Shown here: positions 9,601 through 20,131 of the stretch, piece by piece
Layout: the number at the start of each line of letters is the position of its first letter
How positions within the stretch are numbered: the first letter of the stretch is position 1
Virus record (IMG/VR): IMGVR_UViG_3300029571_000007
Location: 19,007-83,006 of that record
Reading direction: 5' to 3' (one strand)
Source: a virus
Taxonomy: Duplodnaviria; Heunggongvirae; Uroviricota; Caudoviricetes
DNA: 64,000 nucleotides
Notes under the pieces: model-generated
Told to the model about the DNA's origin: nothing
What the model saw: the letters and a program-made list of their open reading frames with translations, nothing else
Database searches by the model: none
Position numbers and translations under genes: made by a program

Positions 9601-10656
9601 TTATTCAACCCAAAGCTGAACCTTATCAATATATCTACCAAAACAACCAGCATATCCGTCCTGTCCATTTACAGTTTGATCATCTATCTGAACAGGGTAA
9701 TATTCGTCCATACCCTGTGGCGATACCTGTATATATAGACACTTGTATTCATAACCATCAGGTGTATAGAATACTGCTTTTAATGCGTCAATAGGTGTTC
9801 TACCGTTACCTGCGTAACCATTTTCGTCATCATTAATGTCATAGCCATCAACTTCTGGAAGCCAATCGCCGTTAAGTAAGTGAACCTGATATCTTACATA
9901 ACCTTCACTAACACCAATGGCAATACCTGTAATTGCCTGATCATCACTAGCACCAGCCCAATCATCTCTATCATGAACTTCATCCCACCAACGATTATTT
10001 GACTTAGCCCTATAATAAACATCAACATGACCTAAATCATTAGTTCTACCACCTGTAGTTTCATTATTATCCGAACTATCATTGTCAGAACAATCTTCAC
10101 TTGAATCTTCTGATACTACTTCGCCTGTTAAGGCTTCGACTATAGCATTCGCACAGGCTTCAGCATCCCATCTGTTAGCATCGTCTCTATCATCCACGAA
10201 GCAACATTCAATTAAGATAGCAGGGGCTTTTGTGTTTCTAAGAACATAAAGTCCTGAATTGGTTTTAAATCCTCTGTTCCTAATATTAAGTTTTTCTGAA
10301 ATTGCCTCACAAATCTTCGAACCAATTTCTTCTGTTCCAGTGTCATATCCGTAAACTTCTGTACCACCAGTAGAATCATCGCCTTCGTAATCATCTCTAC
10401 CAGAGTTAAGATGTATAGATATATCTAAATCAACATTATGTGAATTACATTTAGCAACAATCGCTGCTAAACAACCATTCTGTGACGTGTTTTCATCACA
10501 CGTACAATCATAAACTGTATGTCCAAGTGCTTCTAACTTTGCAATTACAGCATTCTTGACGATTCTGTCTTCAACAGACTCCTGTAAAATACCAACTGCA
10601 CCATAAGCACCCTGATCCTGTGGACAGTGACCTGCATGTACATTATATGTAGCCAT
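9601..10656 (-). CDS. Endolysin: N-acetylmuramoyl-L-alanine amidase (amidase_3-like) with C-terminal wall-binding region
   Basis: N-terminal HAGHCPQDQGA...SIHLNSG...LIECCFVDD resembles amidase_3; 351 aa; lysis-module position upstream of packaging genes. Confidence 0.75.
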   Translation of the reverse strand: MATYNVHAGHCPQDQGAYGAVGILQESVEDRIVKNAVIAKLEALGHTVYDCTCDENTSQNGCLAAIVAKCNSHNVDLDISIHLNSGRDDYEGDDSTGGTEVYGYDTGTEEIGSKICEAISEKLNIRNRGFKTNSGLYVLRNTKAPAILIECCFVDDRDDANRWDAEACANAIVEALTGEVVSEDSSEDCSDNDSSDNNETTGGRTNDLGHVDVYYRAKSNNRWWDEVHDRDDWAGASDDQAITGIAIGVSEGYVRYQVHLLNGDWLPEVDGYDINDDENGYAGNGRTPIDALKAVFYTPDGYEYKCLYIQVSPQGMDEYYPVQIDDQTVNGQDGYAGCFGRYIDKVQLWVE

Positions 10657-10733
10657 TTTATATTCCTCCTATACAAAATAAATAAAAATAAAAGAGGGTA
10701 GTATAAAACTATCCTCATAAGAACAAAATATAA

Positions 10734-11969
10734 TTAACTAAGCTGAATATCTTTTATCATTTCAACTTCGTTATCTTTTAAAATTGCTATTGTTTGAGAT
10801 GCTACACTACTGCAATAAAAATTTTTGGAAAAATCATTGAATCCGCTTAAGCAGCCTGTAGATATAGCATATCTACCATGATTTTCTGACTGAATGGAAA
10901 AATTGTGGAGATGTCCACTAAAGATTAAATCATAGAACTGATTATCACTAGAAATAATTTTTGCAAGATTATATCTATCATTTTTATATTTATCACCATG
11001 AATAAATTTACAAGATAAACCACAAACAGTAATATTTATCTCAGAATCATTATAATTTGTATCTAATATAGAAATGCGTTCACAGCCACTTACATCAACC
11101 AAATCTTTAATATGTTCAGTAATAAGCACATTTGCGTTGTCGCCCTCATAATTCTTTTTCTTGTCACCTGACATACGATCATGATTTCCAGCAATACCAC
11201 CAAATACAACATTGCAATCTTCAGCTAAAGCGACTAATAATCTATATATTAGTTTAGTAGCCTTATGTATCTGCATAGATTGTAAAAATTCACAATTATG
11301 TGCTTGTGTTTCTCTCATATATGAATTCTCGATCATATCACCTGTTGATATAACCAGAACCTGACGGATATTATATAATTCAATATACTTCTTACATTCA
11401 GAAATATATTTATCTATTCTTTCATTAGCAATTTCCCAATTAAAATTATTACCATTACAATTGTTAATTATATAGCCAATATGCCAATCAGTAATATGAC
11501 ATATCATAGTGTAATCAGATTCTTCTTCAACAGAAGAGTACATATATGTAGGAATTTCCATTGAGAAATTATTATCTTTCATATATTGTTTTAATTCATC
11601 AGCAACAGTAATGCAAGGAACTAAATCTCGTTTAAGTTTATTAAGTTTCAATCTATCATTATGTATTTGCTGTTTAACAATATATTGTTCACCTAGTACT
11701 TCTTTAGCATCATCAAGAGTACTACTTTTTTCTGTTATGTTTTTAGCTTTTAAATATTCTCTAACAAAATAATTGCCAAATATGGTCTGACTAGCCTTTC
11801 TAACGCTATCATAATGACATTTTATATCATATTTATCTACAATTTCTTTCCAATCTATATCTGAAATACCAGACATTTTATTCGAAATTTCTTGTAAAAC
11901 CTGTTCATAAGTTGATGGGGTTAGCCCATATTTTTTTAATTCTTCTTCGAAATTATAAATATAGTTCAC
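10734..11969 (-). CDS. Calcineurin-like metallophosphoesterase
   Basis: Motifs ITDWHIG (DxH), TGDMIEN (GD), GNHD (GNHD/E); 411 aa. Confidence 0.6.
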   Translation of the reverse strand: MNYIYNFEEELKKYGLTPSTYEQVLQEISNKMSGISDIDWKEIVDKYDIKCHYDSVRKASQTIFGNYFVREYLKAKNITEKSSTLDDAKEVLGEQYIVKQQIHNDRLKLNKLKRDLVPCITVADELKQYMKDNNFSMEIPTYMYSSVEEESDYTMICHITDWHIGYIINNCNGNNFNWEIANERIDKYISECKKYIELYNIRQVLVISTGDMIENSYMRETQAHNCEFLQSMQIHKATKLIYRLLVALAEDCNVVFGGIAGNHDRMSGDKKKNYEGDNANVLITEHIKDLVDVSGCERISILDTNYNDSEINITVCGLSCKFIHGDKYKNDRYNLAKIISSDNQFYDLIFSGHLHNFSIQSENHGRYAISTGCLSGFNDFSKNFYCSSVASQTIAILKDNEVEMIKDIQLS

Positions 11970-11976
11970 CTACTCT

Positions 11977-12183
11977 CTATTCTTCATTAGATTCAACAGG
12001 TTCATCGAGTTCACTTTCCTCTTTTACCTTCACATTTATTTCAACACTACCACCATTAAATACTGATAGAAGAGTAGCAAGTTTCTTTTCTCCACCATCT
12101 ACTTCAACAGTCATATTATCTGTGTCAATGATACCTGCAATCTTCATTGCGGTTGTCTCGGTACGTTTATAAACAAAATTCAT
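11977..12183 (-). CDS. Hypothetical protein (68 aa)
   Basis: ORF track; 4-nt overlap with upstream gene. Confidence 0.5.
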   Translation of the reverse strand: MNFVYKRTETTAMKIAGIIDTDNMTVEVDGGEKKLATLLSVFNGGSVEINVKVKEESELDEPVESNEE

Positions 12184-13100
12184 AAATTTAGCTCCTTTTT
12201 TAATATTTCTTCTATATTTTCATAATCCCAATACCAAATTTCCAACAATTGAATATTATGTTTTTTGGCATACTTACGTTTTCGCATATCATGTTCTTGT
12301 TGGATTTGATATTTCTTTTTACTTTGTATTCTTGCTTTGCCGTCATGGAATTCACCTTGATATTCAATTAAAAGATTGTATTGAGGCAAATAAAAATCAT
12401 ATGATAATAAGCCGTTATTAACACCTAACAAATTGTCATAATTCTGTTGTGGTATATAATCTATATTGTTATTATAAAGCAATTGTCTAATTTTTTGTTC
12501 GCCTTTTGATTCATTACAAAATGGGCATCTTTGACCACGCAAAAAATTATTTGCAATCATTTTAAAAGAATTATTACATTTTTTATGTAGAAATAGAATT
12601 TTATTAGAAGATTTTGTATATTCCGACAAAACTTTGTAATCTTCTCCATACGGACAAGTATTTACTTTTTCAATAAATTCTTCAGTTGTATAATGATATG
12701 TTTTTTTACATACAGGACAACCATGCCCATGTAATATACTTGAAGCGATTGGACTCCATTTATATCCACATATTCTACAATGAACATCTATTGGATTTAA
12801 CGCACCTGTATATGTGCCATCTACTATTATATCTTCGTTATCAAATTCTCTTTTAAATTGAGCATCAGTTTTTCCTCTTGCTTGTCTTATTGCACAAGGT
12901 TTATGAATGCGTCCCATTAGTAAATATGATGGAGTGGTTTCAAAAGTTTGTCCACATATTTTACACATACATAGTATTTTATTTTTTGAACCAGTATAAG
13001 ACCCTAATATTTCCACTGGCATATTTAATTTTGAATATTCTTCAATAAATTCTTCATGTGTTTTCTTTTTAGGCATTTTGTAACATCTCCTTCGTAACAT
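12180..13100 (-). CDS. Multi-zinc-ribbon protein with C-terminal endonuclease-like (DUF559/PD-(D/E)xK-like) domain; possible homing endonuclease
   Basis: Four CxxC pairs; C-terminal YDFYLPQYNLLIEYQGEFHDG resembles restriction-endonuclease-like fold proteins. Confidence 0.4.
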   Translation of the reverse strand: MLRRRCYKMPKKKTHEEFIEEYSKLNMPVEILGSYTGSKNKILCMCKICGQTFETTPSYLLMGRIHKPCAIRQARGKTDAQFKREFDNEDIIVDGTYTGALNPIDVHCRICGYKWSPIASSILHGHGCPVCKKTYHYTTEEFIEKVNTCPYGEDYKVLSEYTKSSNKILFLHKKCNNSFKMIANNFLRGQRCPFCNESKGEQKIRQLLYNNNIDYIPQQNYDNLLGVNNGLLSYDFYLPQYNLLIEYQGEFHDGKARIQSKKKYQIQQEHDMRKRKYAKKHNIQLLEIWYWDYENIEEILKKELNL

Positions 13101-13103
13101 AAT

Positions 13104-13319
13104 TTAAAAAATTAGATATGTCTCTTTATCTATCCTCCAATTTCCTAAATTTTTATTAAGCAACTCATTTTTCTCAAATAAAAATACCAAAAATCCTTTT
13201 GACTTCTGGTCTGTATCTATTCTTTTAAGTTGTGAGCCATTGTCAATAAGGTAATTTGCTAATCGTTTGCTTTTGCATACAAACAAAATATTTTCCTCCA
13301 TAAAATTAAAAATTCCCAC
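13104..13319 (-). CDS. Hypothetical protein (71 aa)
   Basis: ORF track. Confidence 0.45.
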   Translation of the reverse strand: MGIFNFMEENILFVCKSKRLANYLIDNGSQLKRIDTDQKSKGFLVFLFEKNELLNKNLGNWRIDKETYLIF

Positions 13320-13626
13320 CAGAACGCTTTCTGCCAGGATTGTAATACATTTGTTTACTTTTATTCTGCTTTACTTTAATATACTCACGAATCTTCCTAA
13401 TATAATTTTCATCATAGCTTAATCTAGCATGTGATTCTAAATAATAACACCCACAACGAGTAGGAATTTTATTTGATAATACATTGTCTATAAGCTTATA
13501 CGATGGATTAAGATTTGAAAGATGAGTATGTTTTTCTGTGTCATCTTTTCTGCATATACGATAGCCGTTTTCAGTCTTGTCAATATAAAAATCTTTATAT
13601 TCTATTCGATTTTTCATAGCCAGCAC
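13306..13626 (-). CDS. Hypothetical protein (106 aa), Cys/His-containing
   Basis: ORF track; a further ~55-aa GTG-started ORF lies at ~13628..13795 (-). Confidence 0.5.
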   Translation of the reverse strand: MLAMKNRIEYKDFYIDKTENGYRICRKDDTEKHTHLSNLNPSYKLIDNVLSNKIPTRCGCYYLESHARLSYDENYIRKIREYIKVKQNKSKQMYYNPGRKRSGGNF

Positions 13627-13827
13627 CTACTTGACGAATTTATCTTCGATGTAACGCTTTCCACTACAAGTCTTGTAATAACCTATGTGTTCGCCTCTAC
13701 GATCTACATATCCTCGTCTTGTGTTTCTGATTACACCTTCAGATAATAATTTTTCAATTTCACTTTTAGAAATCTGTTTAATAATTTTCACATCCTTTGA
13801 TTTATTTCCTACAAAGTAGGATAGTAG

Positions 13828-13902
13828 TTGGAAATGTAGGATTTGAACCTGCGACCTCTTGATCCCAAATCAAGCGTTCTAGCCAAGCTGAACTAATTCC
13901 CA
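13828..13902 (-). tRNA. tRNA-Pro (anticodon TGG)
   Basis: Full cloverleaf: U8, D-stem GTTC/GAAC, anticodon arm CTTGA-TTTGGGA-TCAAG with U33 and G37, T-loop TTCAAAT; U1-A72 first pair. Confidence 0.75.
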
Positions 13903-14791
13903 AAATAAAAAATCCCATACCGAAGTATGAGATCCTTACTTAATATGAGCTGAGATATTTGACTCAATACACTAACATCTACTGTGGTTGGACACAGTTT
14001 ATCACACAAGCGATTAACTTGTAGTTAGCAACAACACCGATTTTGACATAATCGGCAAACTCTTACCACAAAGTATTATAGATTTTCTTTCTGCACATTC
14101 TTCCTTGCGAGATTCATAGGTTGCAGCCTATTAGAGTTGTACGTACTTGTACTTTCTCATATAGTACCTTGCGAGTGCTATATGTCACCATATTACAGAT
14201 GAATAAGTTGTTTGTCTCTTTGCGGTTATACACACTTTTGCTTGTTCTTTTCTATCAGTAAATCAAATAATATTTTTATTATTAAGGAATTCTGTTCATT
14301 CACCAAAAGTATGTACTTACAAATGGACGATGAGGTGTATATTTGACCATCAGTACCTTTTGAGTACCACCCAATCATCACCATCCTGCTCGGATTGCGA
14401 TCTCCTTGCTTTTTGATTCCATCCCTGTTTTTCAACTTAAGAGATATTATCAAAATCCTATCAACAGTTATACTTGCGGTATTCCCGTCAATAGTACACA
14501 AATCATCCCCACATTTCTGTGTTAATACAGTGCCTATTTCGAGACACCCACCAAATCAATTTGTTTAAGAATCTCATGCAATGCAATTGATTACATAAAC
14601 TCATAAATAGTCATTATCAGTTGACCTCTGACCTTAGATATGGCGTAGATTTTATGTGTTTTCCGTTAAACTGTATTATACAGTCGCAGCCTTATAATAC
14701 GATAAGAACCACTTTATACGTGTCGCCACGCTTATTTTAAGATTCAACATCCTCCGATCCGAAACCGACCAGTCCTATAAAAATAGGATAA

Positions 14792-14863
14792 CTCCCACAA
14801 CAGGATTCGAACCTGTAACTTACGAATTAACAGTTCGTTGCTCTACCATTGAACTATATGGGA
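14792..14863 (-). tRNA. tRNA-Asn (anticodon GTT)
   Basis: D-arm TAGTTCAATGGTAGAGCA, anticodon arm ACGAA-CTGTTAA-TTCGT, T-arm ACAGG-TTCGAAT-CCTGT; U1-A72. Confidence 0.8.
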
Positions 14864-14992
14864 AGAGTATCAGTGATTACACGATTTTTTAAATAATGCA
14901 ACCACCGATATAAGAAAGAGAGGTTAATTTATAAAATAAACTTTTAATATTATGTAATGCCACATAGGGCAGGATATTAAGAAAAGCTGATT

Positions 14993-15220
14993 TCATTCTA
15001 AATTATTATGTAATTCTTTTACAGAATCCTTAAAATTTCTGCTAAAGTCAGCAGATAAAAATAACATATCGTGATTATTTATATAACCTTTTAAATTAGA
15101 CTGAGCTTGCTCAAATGGTATAAATCTTGAAGTTACCTTTAGTCCTGGAAATAATTTTATTTCTACATAATTATTCCTATCACCAAACTTATCCTTTACC
15201 ACACTACCCAACGAATTCAA
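14993..15220 (-). CDS. Hypothetical protein (75 aa)
   Basis: ORF track; first gene of the leftward block after the tRNA/ORF-free stretch. Confidence 0.4.
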   Translation of the reverse strand: MNSLGSVVKDKFGDRNNYVEIKLFPGLKVTSRFIPFEQAQSNLKGYINNHDMLFLSADFSRNFKDSVKELHNNLE

Positions 15221-15445
15221 AATAAGCGTAACGTCACGTATAGAGCAACCAGTTTCTTCACAAATGTTATTTATTATATCTTTTTGATTATAATATTTTT
15301 TTTCTTCTTGTATTGCAATTCCTCCTTTGCTATAATAGCAGACATAGAATTTTACAATAGAGTAGGGCAGTAATTAAAAAATAATAGATAGAAAACTACC
15401 CTCTCCTATGTAAAATAAAAATATGCAGTACAGCTAGAGCCGTAA

Positions 15446-18319
15446 TTAGCTGTCGATTTCGCATTTTGCCTGTTTTTTTGTAATTTTGAAGCCAATATCA
15501 AACAATTTAACATCAGCACCATTTTCTTCTAATTGGGAAATTTCATGTTTCGACTGGATAATAGCTTTATTGAAACTATCATTGCCACAGAGATACATAA
15601 TTTCTAATAAAAGATTTTTGATTTGAGAATTCTCTTTATCTTCAAGAGAAGAGAGCAGACGATATAATGTAGAAAATCCAATTGTTTCATCTTCAATGTC
15701 GGAAATAAGGTCTTCTCTTAATTTATTCGCTTTTTCATTTTTATCTTCTTTTGTATCTGAGTCAGAAGCGTAAATATTTTTTCTTTCATTTATATATCTT
15801 TTTAAAATACTATAAATTTTATTTATTTGTTTTTGATTTACACGATTTGTTCTAAATAAAGAGTTATCTAATATAGATACAAATGGTAGCCAATCCTTTT
15901 TATATGGATTCTTAATTTTGAATCCATTAATAATGGTCTGTAAATAGTCCATTGAAGTGTGACATTTACAATAATGTTTCTTATCAGGATTGTAATATCC
16001 TTTTTGTTTAGAGATATGAGAGAAGAAGTGTGGCATACGTTTCTTACCTCTTACTAATTCGCCTTCTTCATTCTCTTCATACTCACGCAAAAGTTCATCA
16101 TACTTTTCACGTAGTTTATCTAACTCTTTACCGTTGTTGATAATAAATTCTTTCTTTGCCTTATCAATTTCAATTCCAGACATTACATCTAATTGACATA
16201 TATCATAATATAACTCCTTAATATCATTATAAGTAGCACCATGATACATCTTATCCCAAAGTAAAGAATTTAATTCCTGAGATAGATTAACAATCTCACC
16301 GATTTTATTTACAGATGTTTTAATGTCAAGATCTGCTTGCTGTTCTGGTGTATAATATCTTTTTTTCTTTGTAGAATCAACATTCGCAGTTGGTGTTTTA
16401 AACAACTGATAATTTCTTTTAGCTGCACGAATGAGCTTTTCATTATCTGTCAACATTACTGTATCACTATCGAAGTCAGCACCCGATAACCTCTGCAATA
16501 CATTTTCTCCAATAGAATTAATACACACAATCTCATTTGTAAGATTAAGATAACAATCTATCAATTTATTCTCCGTATTATATGGAAGCCAAATGTTTCC
16601 GATTGTAACATGAGGTGAACGACTGGCAAGAAGAGTTTTATTATATTCAAAGCGTGTACTATGTATATTACCAATTCCAATTTGACTTTTTCCTTCAAAC
16701 TTACCAATTGATTGCTGTAACATCTCTATTGGATTACCAAGAAGAGTAGAGTAGTTACCATTTACATAGATATGCCCATTTTTGAGATTTTTGTAATATG
16801 ATGCCAATAAATCATGTAAAAAGTCTTGATAATATTTAGTTTTAGTAAAATTATCATTTACACACATTAAATTATAAACCACATCATTCTTGCTACTCAT
16901 AGGTTTATCCATAGGTGACATTTCATCAATATCAGGATATTTAATGTAATAACGTACAACTTCTGGTCTATCTCTAAGCATTTGTGCAAAGTCAAGCGAT
17001 TCCTGCAAAAATTCTCTTACTTCATCTTTGGACATCTGAAGGGTATTGAGCAACTGATAATGAGTCTGTACTAAGCGACCTCCAAAGAAATGAGTTTTCT
17101 TATCATGCTTTACAACACCAAAATCAGGATATAAGTGGTTAAGCCATTCATCCCATGTACTAAATTTCAAATATTTAATACTGTTAGGTGTGGTAATTAA
17201 CTTTACATCTTCAATTCGTGTAGCTCTTGTTTTACCATTAAGCTGAGACACATCCGTTATATTATTATCTTTGAACCATTGTTGGATATTACAGTTGAAA
17301 CAACAAGATTTGAACATTAGATTTCTAAGTAGAAGCATACCATATTCTGAATAATCACCAAATAGAGATATATCCATAAGAGACTGACCATCCCAAATTG
17401 TATTTGTAATTTCACAATTCTTTTCAGTAGTTTTAAGCCATCCGTCTTCATCATGAGTCTCGATTACGTCCTCATTAAACACGCTGTCATAATCATCAAT
17501 TAAAAGAATATTTTCTGGTTTAATTGGAATGGTATCAATAATGCTACTAGATGGGAGAGCAATATATCCCTCATATGCAGCTAAATCAATCGGATCTCCT
17601 TGGTTATATTTAAGACCACCTGAACTGAATTTTATAATCGGTTCATATAAATCTTCTCTGATAAAAAGACATTTACCAACTCTTGCAGAGCCAGTAGAAC
17701 GTTTCATACGACAATATTTAATACCATTACATATAAATCCATCTTTATACAACTCAGTTCTAAGTTCTGCATTTGTCTTTATAGTCTTCGGTTCACCTTT
17801 TTTATGGTATTGAGTTTGAATCTCTTTAATAACAGTTTTATCCTTTTTATCATAGATATTTACCTGCTTTTTAACAAATGGCTTTGGTATATCAGTTGGG
17901 TTTTCAATTTTTTCATTCGTCTTAATTCCAACAATTTCACCTTCGCTATTTTTAGCAATACCATCTTTAAAAGACAGATTTCTATAATCATATCCAAGCC
18001 TGACAAAAGTATTTTTGTTCATCTGATTCCATTCTTTTACAGAATACTTAAACGTGAGATTAATTACATTTACAGAATAATCATGTTTTTTAATTCTAAA
18101 TGAAAAATCATGTTTTCTGAATTTTCTATAATAAATATCCTTTAACTCTATAAGGTCTAAGCTATAATCAAGTGTATTGATAAATTTTCGTAAATTATAC
18201 TGTCCATCTTTGAGCTTTAAATTATATCCTTCTGGATTTTCCTCAATGTAATGTGCTGATAAATAAATATCTTTTGCATCAATAGAGGGAATATATATAT
18301 TATTGTTTGTCATCAGCAT
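15446..18319 (-). CDS. Large protein (957 aa) with RNAP-type metal-binding motif GADFDSD; candidate YonO-like non-canonical single-subunit RNA polymerase
   Basis: Unambiguous long ORF; motif LSGADFDSDTVML (residue ~615, nt ~16463-16477) matches the NADFDGD aspartate triad of beta-prime DPBB domains; no polB/polA motifs seen. Confidence 0.35.
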   Translation of the reverse strand: MLMTNNNIYIPSIDAKDIYLSAHYIEENPEGYNLKLKDGQYNLRKFINTLDYSLDLIELKDIYYRKFRKHDFSFRIKKHDYSVNVINLTFKYSVKEWNQMNKNTFVRLGYDYRNLSFKDGIAKNSEGEIVGIKTNEKIENPTDIPKPFVKKQVNIYDKKDKTVIKEIQTQYHKKGEPKTIKTNAELRTELYKDGFICNGIKYCRMKRSTGSARVGKCLFIREDLYEPIIKFSSGGLKYNQGDPIDLAAYEGYIALPSSSIIDTIPIKPENILLIDDYDSVFNEDVIETHDEDGWLKTTEKNCEITNTIWDGQSLMDISLFGDYSEYGMLLLRNLMFKSCCFNCNIQQWFKDNNITDVSQLNGKTRATRIEDVKLITTPNSIKYLKFSTWDEWLNHLYPDFGVVKHDKKTHFFGGRLVQTHYQLLNTLQMSKDEVREFLQESLDFAQMLRDRPEVVRYYIKYPDIDEMSPMDKPMSSKNDVVYNLMCVNDNFTKTKYYQDFLHDLLASYYKNLKNGHIYVNGNYSTLLGNPIEMLQQSIGKFEGKSQIGIGNIHSTRFEYNKTLLASRSPHVTIGNIWLPYNTENKLIDCYLNLTNEIVCINSIGENVLQRLSGADFDSDTVMLTDNEKLIRAAKRNYQLFKTPTANVDSTKKKRYYTPEQQADLDIKTSVNKIGEIVNLSQELNSLLWDKMYHGATYNDIKELYYDICQLDVMSGIEIDKAKKEFIINNGKELDKLREKYDELLREYEENEEGELVRGKKRMPHFFSHISKQKGYYNPDKKHYCKCHTSMDYLQTIINGFKIKNPYKKDWLPFVSILDNSLFRTNRVNQKQINKIYSILKRYINERKNIYASDSDTKEDKNEKANKLREDLISDIEDETIGFSTLYRLLSSLEDKENSQIKNLLLEIMYLCGNDSFNKAIIQSKHEISQLEENGADVKLFDIGFKITKKQAKCEIDS

Positions 18320-19751
18320 TTTTCTCCTTTAATTCCATTATCCTTAAATGATTATCACCAATCTTTCCTTGAACTAATAACTTATTCATTGCCTTTACAA
18401 TGCTATTAGTTATTTCAATTTCAGAAATGCTATTCAATAAATTAATATTAAATGTAAGGTGTTCAAACCAATGATTAAGAAGAGATATTTTAATATTTAA
18501 ATATGTATTTCCCTCATTAGAGTAAACATCATAAATAATTTTCCATGACGATTTTTTACTACTATGTATCTGTTTTATCATATTGTCTATACATGGAGAT
18601 AAATATTCACTTATATACTTTTCGTTTTTGTGTTCTTTTTCTTTTTTCTTCTTGATTTCCTCTCTGAGCGGTATTGTATGTTCATTATAATATTTTTCCA
18701 TTATTGGATGAAAAAAATTAAATACGTCTGTGTCTGTAATAAACTCATCTACAAGTAAGTGAGAACGATTTTCCCAATAAACAGCATCTTTAAAAATTAT
18801 ATGGTTATATTTTCTGAATAAGTATGTATCTTCTTTTTTATTGCTACTACTATAACCAAATTCTTTGTTAAGATTTTTGATGGTTAGTCCAATATGTTTT
18901 AATCGTGCATTATCATAATCATCTAAATCTATATAATTCTTCTCAAGAATATATCTTAACGATGAGTGTTTTCCATTCATTTTTTTACAAATAAATCTTT
19001 GATCTTCAGGTTCTAATAATTGAAAGGCATCAATTAAATCTGCTTGTACTGATTTATTAGTATAATATTCTTGAAGCTTTGTCCAGAACCAATCTAATCG
19101 TTCCCACTGAATTTTATACTCAATTAAGTCCGTTCTTTTCCAATAAGTTTTTCTTAAAGTAATCAAATCATCATAATCTTGTCTAACATAATGTTTTATA
19201 AAACATTCACCAGTAGAAGATGAGTAGATAAGTTTAAATTTAGGAATATCATCTGTCGTTACTTTAAGAAGCTCCCCATTTACATCTAACTCTAAAACAT
19301 CGCATCCAAGCTCATCCCATTTTTCAATATAGTCATCAGTTTTTTTGTTTGTATCTGCTATTTCAATATAAAAGCTTTTCCCTTCTGTAGTTTCTATAAA
19401 AATATCAGGACGATAATCTCCAAATTTGGTGTGAAAAGTCTTTTCAATACATGAGTTAGCAACCTCGTATATAGTTTGTCCAACTTTAAATTTACTATTT
19501 TTATCAAGCAGCCAAGTTTTATAAGCAAAATGAATCCTACTTTCTTGTGAACACATTCCATCAATATGATGAAAACATCTTTGTTTTTTGTATGTTTTAT
19601 CTGGATTTTGTCCATTCCAAAGTTTGACTCTTCCTAAACAAATAGGACAATAAAGTACATCATTGCCACTTACATTGTAAACATTCTTCCAATCAGCATA
19701 TTCACTTTTAGAATCCAATGCGTACATTAACTCTGGTTCATAATTGACCAT
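18300..19751 (-). CDS. Hypothetical protein (483 aa) with N-terminal Zn finger and possible PD-(D/E)xK nuclease core (CoiA-like?)
   Basis: CPICLGR..CFHHIDGMC; RPDIFIETTEGKSFYIEIADTNKK resembles D..ExK; 20-nt overlap with downstream gene. Confidence 0.3.
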   Translation of the reverse strand: MVNYEPELMYALDSKSEYADWKNVYNVSGNDVLYCPICLGRVKLWNGQNPDKTYKKQRCFHHIDGMCSQESRIHFAYKTWLLDKNSKFKVGQTIYEVANSCIEKTFHTKFGDYRPDIFIETTEGKSFYIEIADTNKKTDDYIEKWDELGCDVLELDVNGELLKVTTDDIPKFKLIYSSSTGECFIKHYVRQDYDDLITLRKTYWKRTDLIEYKIQWERLDWFWTKLQEYYTNKSVQADLIDAFQLLEPEDQRFICKKMNGKHSSLRYILEKNYIDLDDYDNARLKHIGLTIKNLNKEFGYSSSNKKEDTYLFRKYNHIIFKDAVYWENRSHLLVDEFITDTDVFNFFHPIMEKYYNEHTIPLREEIKKKKEKEHKNEKYISEYLSPCIDNMIKQIHSSKKSSWKIIYDVYSNEGNTYLNIKISLLNHWFEHLTFNINLLNSISEIEITNSIVKAMNKLLVQGKIGDNHLRIMELKEKNADDKQ

Positions 19752-19825
19752 ATAAAAATCCTCCTTTTATCTTTATTATTTCCCACCATTATATTCTCCA
19801 AATGAAATTTCTATTTACTTACACA

Positions 19826-20131
19826 TTATTGAAAATAAACAGGTACTTTTCCAACGCTAAATCTTTTCATAATTAGATAACTTATATACCCATCAACTAA
19901 TTCAAAATTCCTGTCAATGATAATAGGACTAAGCTCACCGTACTTAATAAAATTATTAAGTTTTCTTCTATACTTAAAATAACTAGGTGGAGTAGCAAGA
20001 AATATATTCTTAATCTTTATTTCACTAATAGGAATCCAATATTCAATACTTGTTTTATAATCAATATCAAAAAATATTCTTAATTTATTAACTATCATAA
20101 TATCCTTCCTTTCCCATTTCGTTAAAATCAT
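19826..20131 (-). CDS. Hypothetical protein (probable start at internal Met near 20098)
   Basis: ORF track. Confidence 0.45.
   Translation of the reverse strand: MILTKWERKDIMIVNKLRIFFDIDYKTSIEYWIPISEIKIKNIFLATPPSYFKYRRKLNNFIKYGELSPIIIDRNFELVDGYISYLIMKRFSVGKVPVYFQ

Noticed and set aside
14226-14501. 91-aa minus-strand ORF in the ORF-free stretch between tRNA-Pro and tRNA-Asn
   Set aside because: No SD; implausible composition; sits in a region that otherwise looks non-coding. More likely part of an untranslated spacer or RNA.
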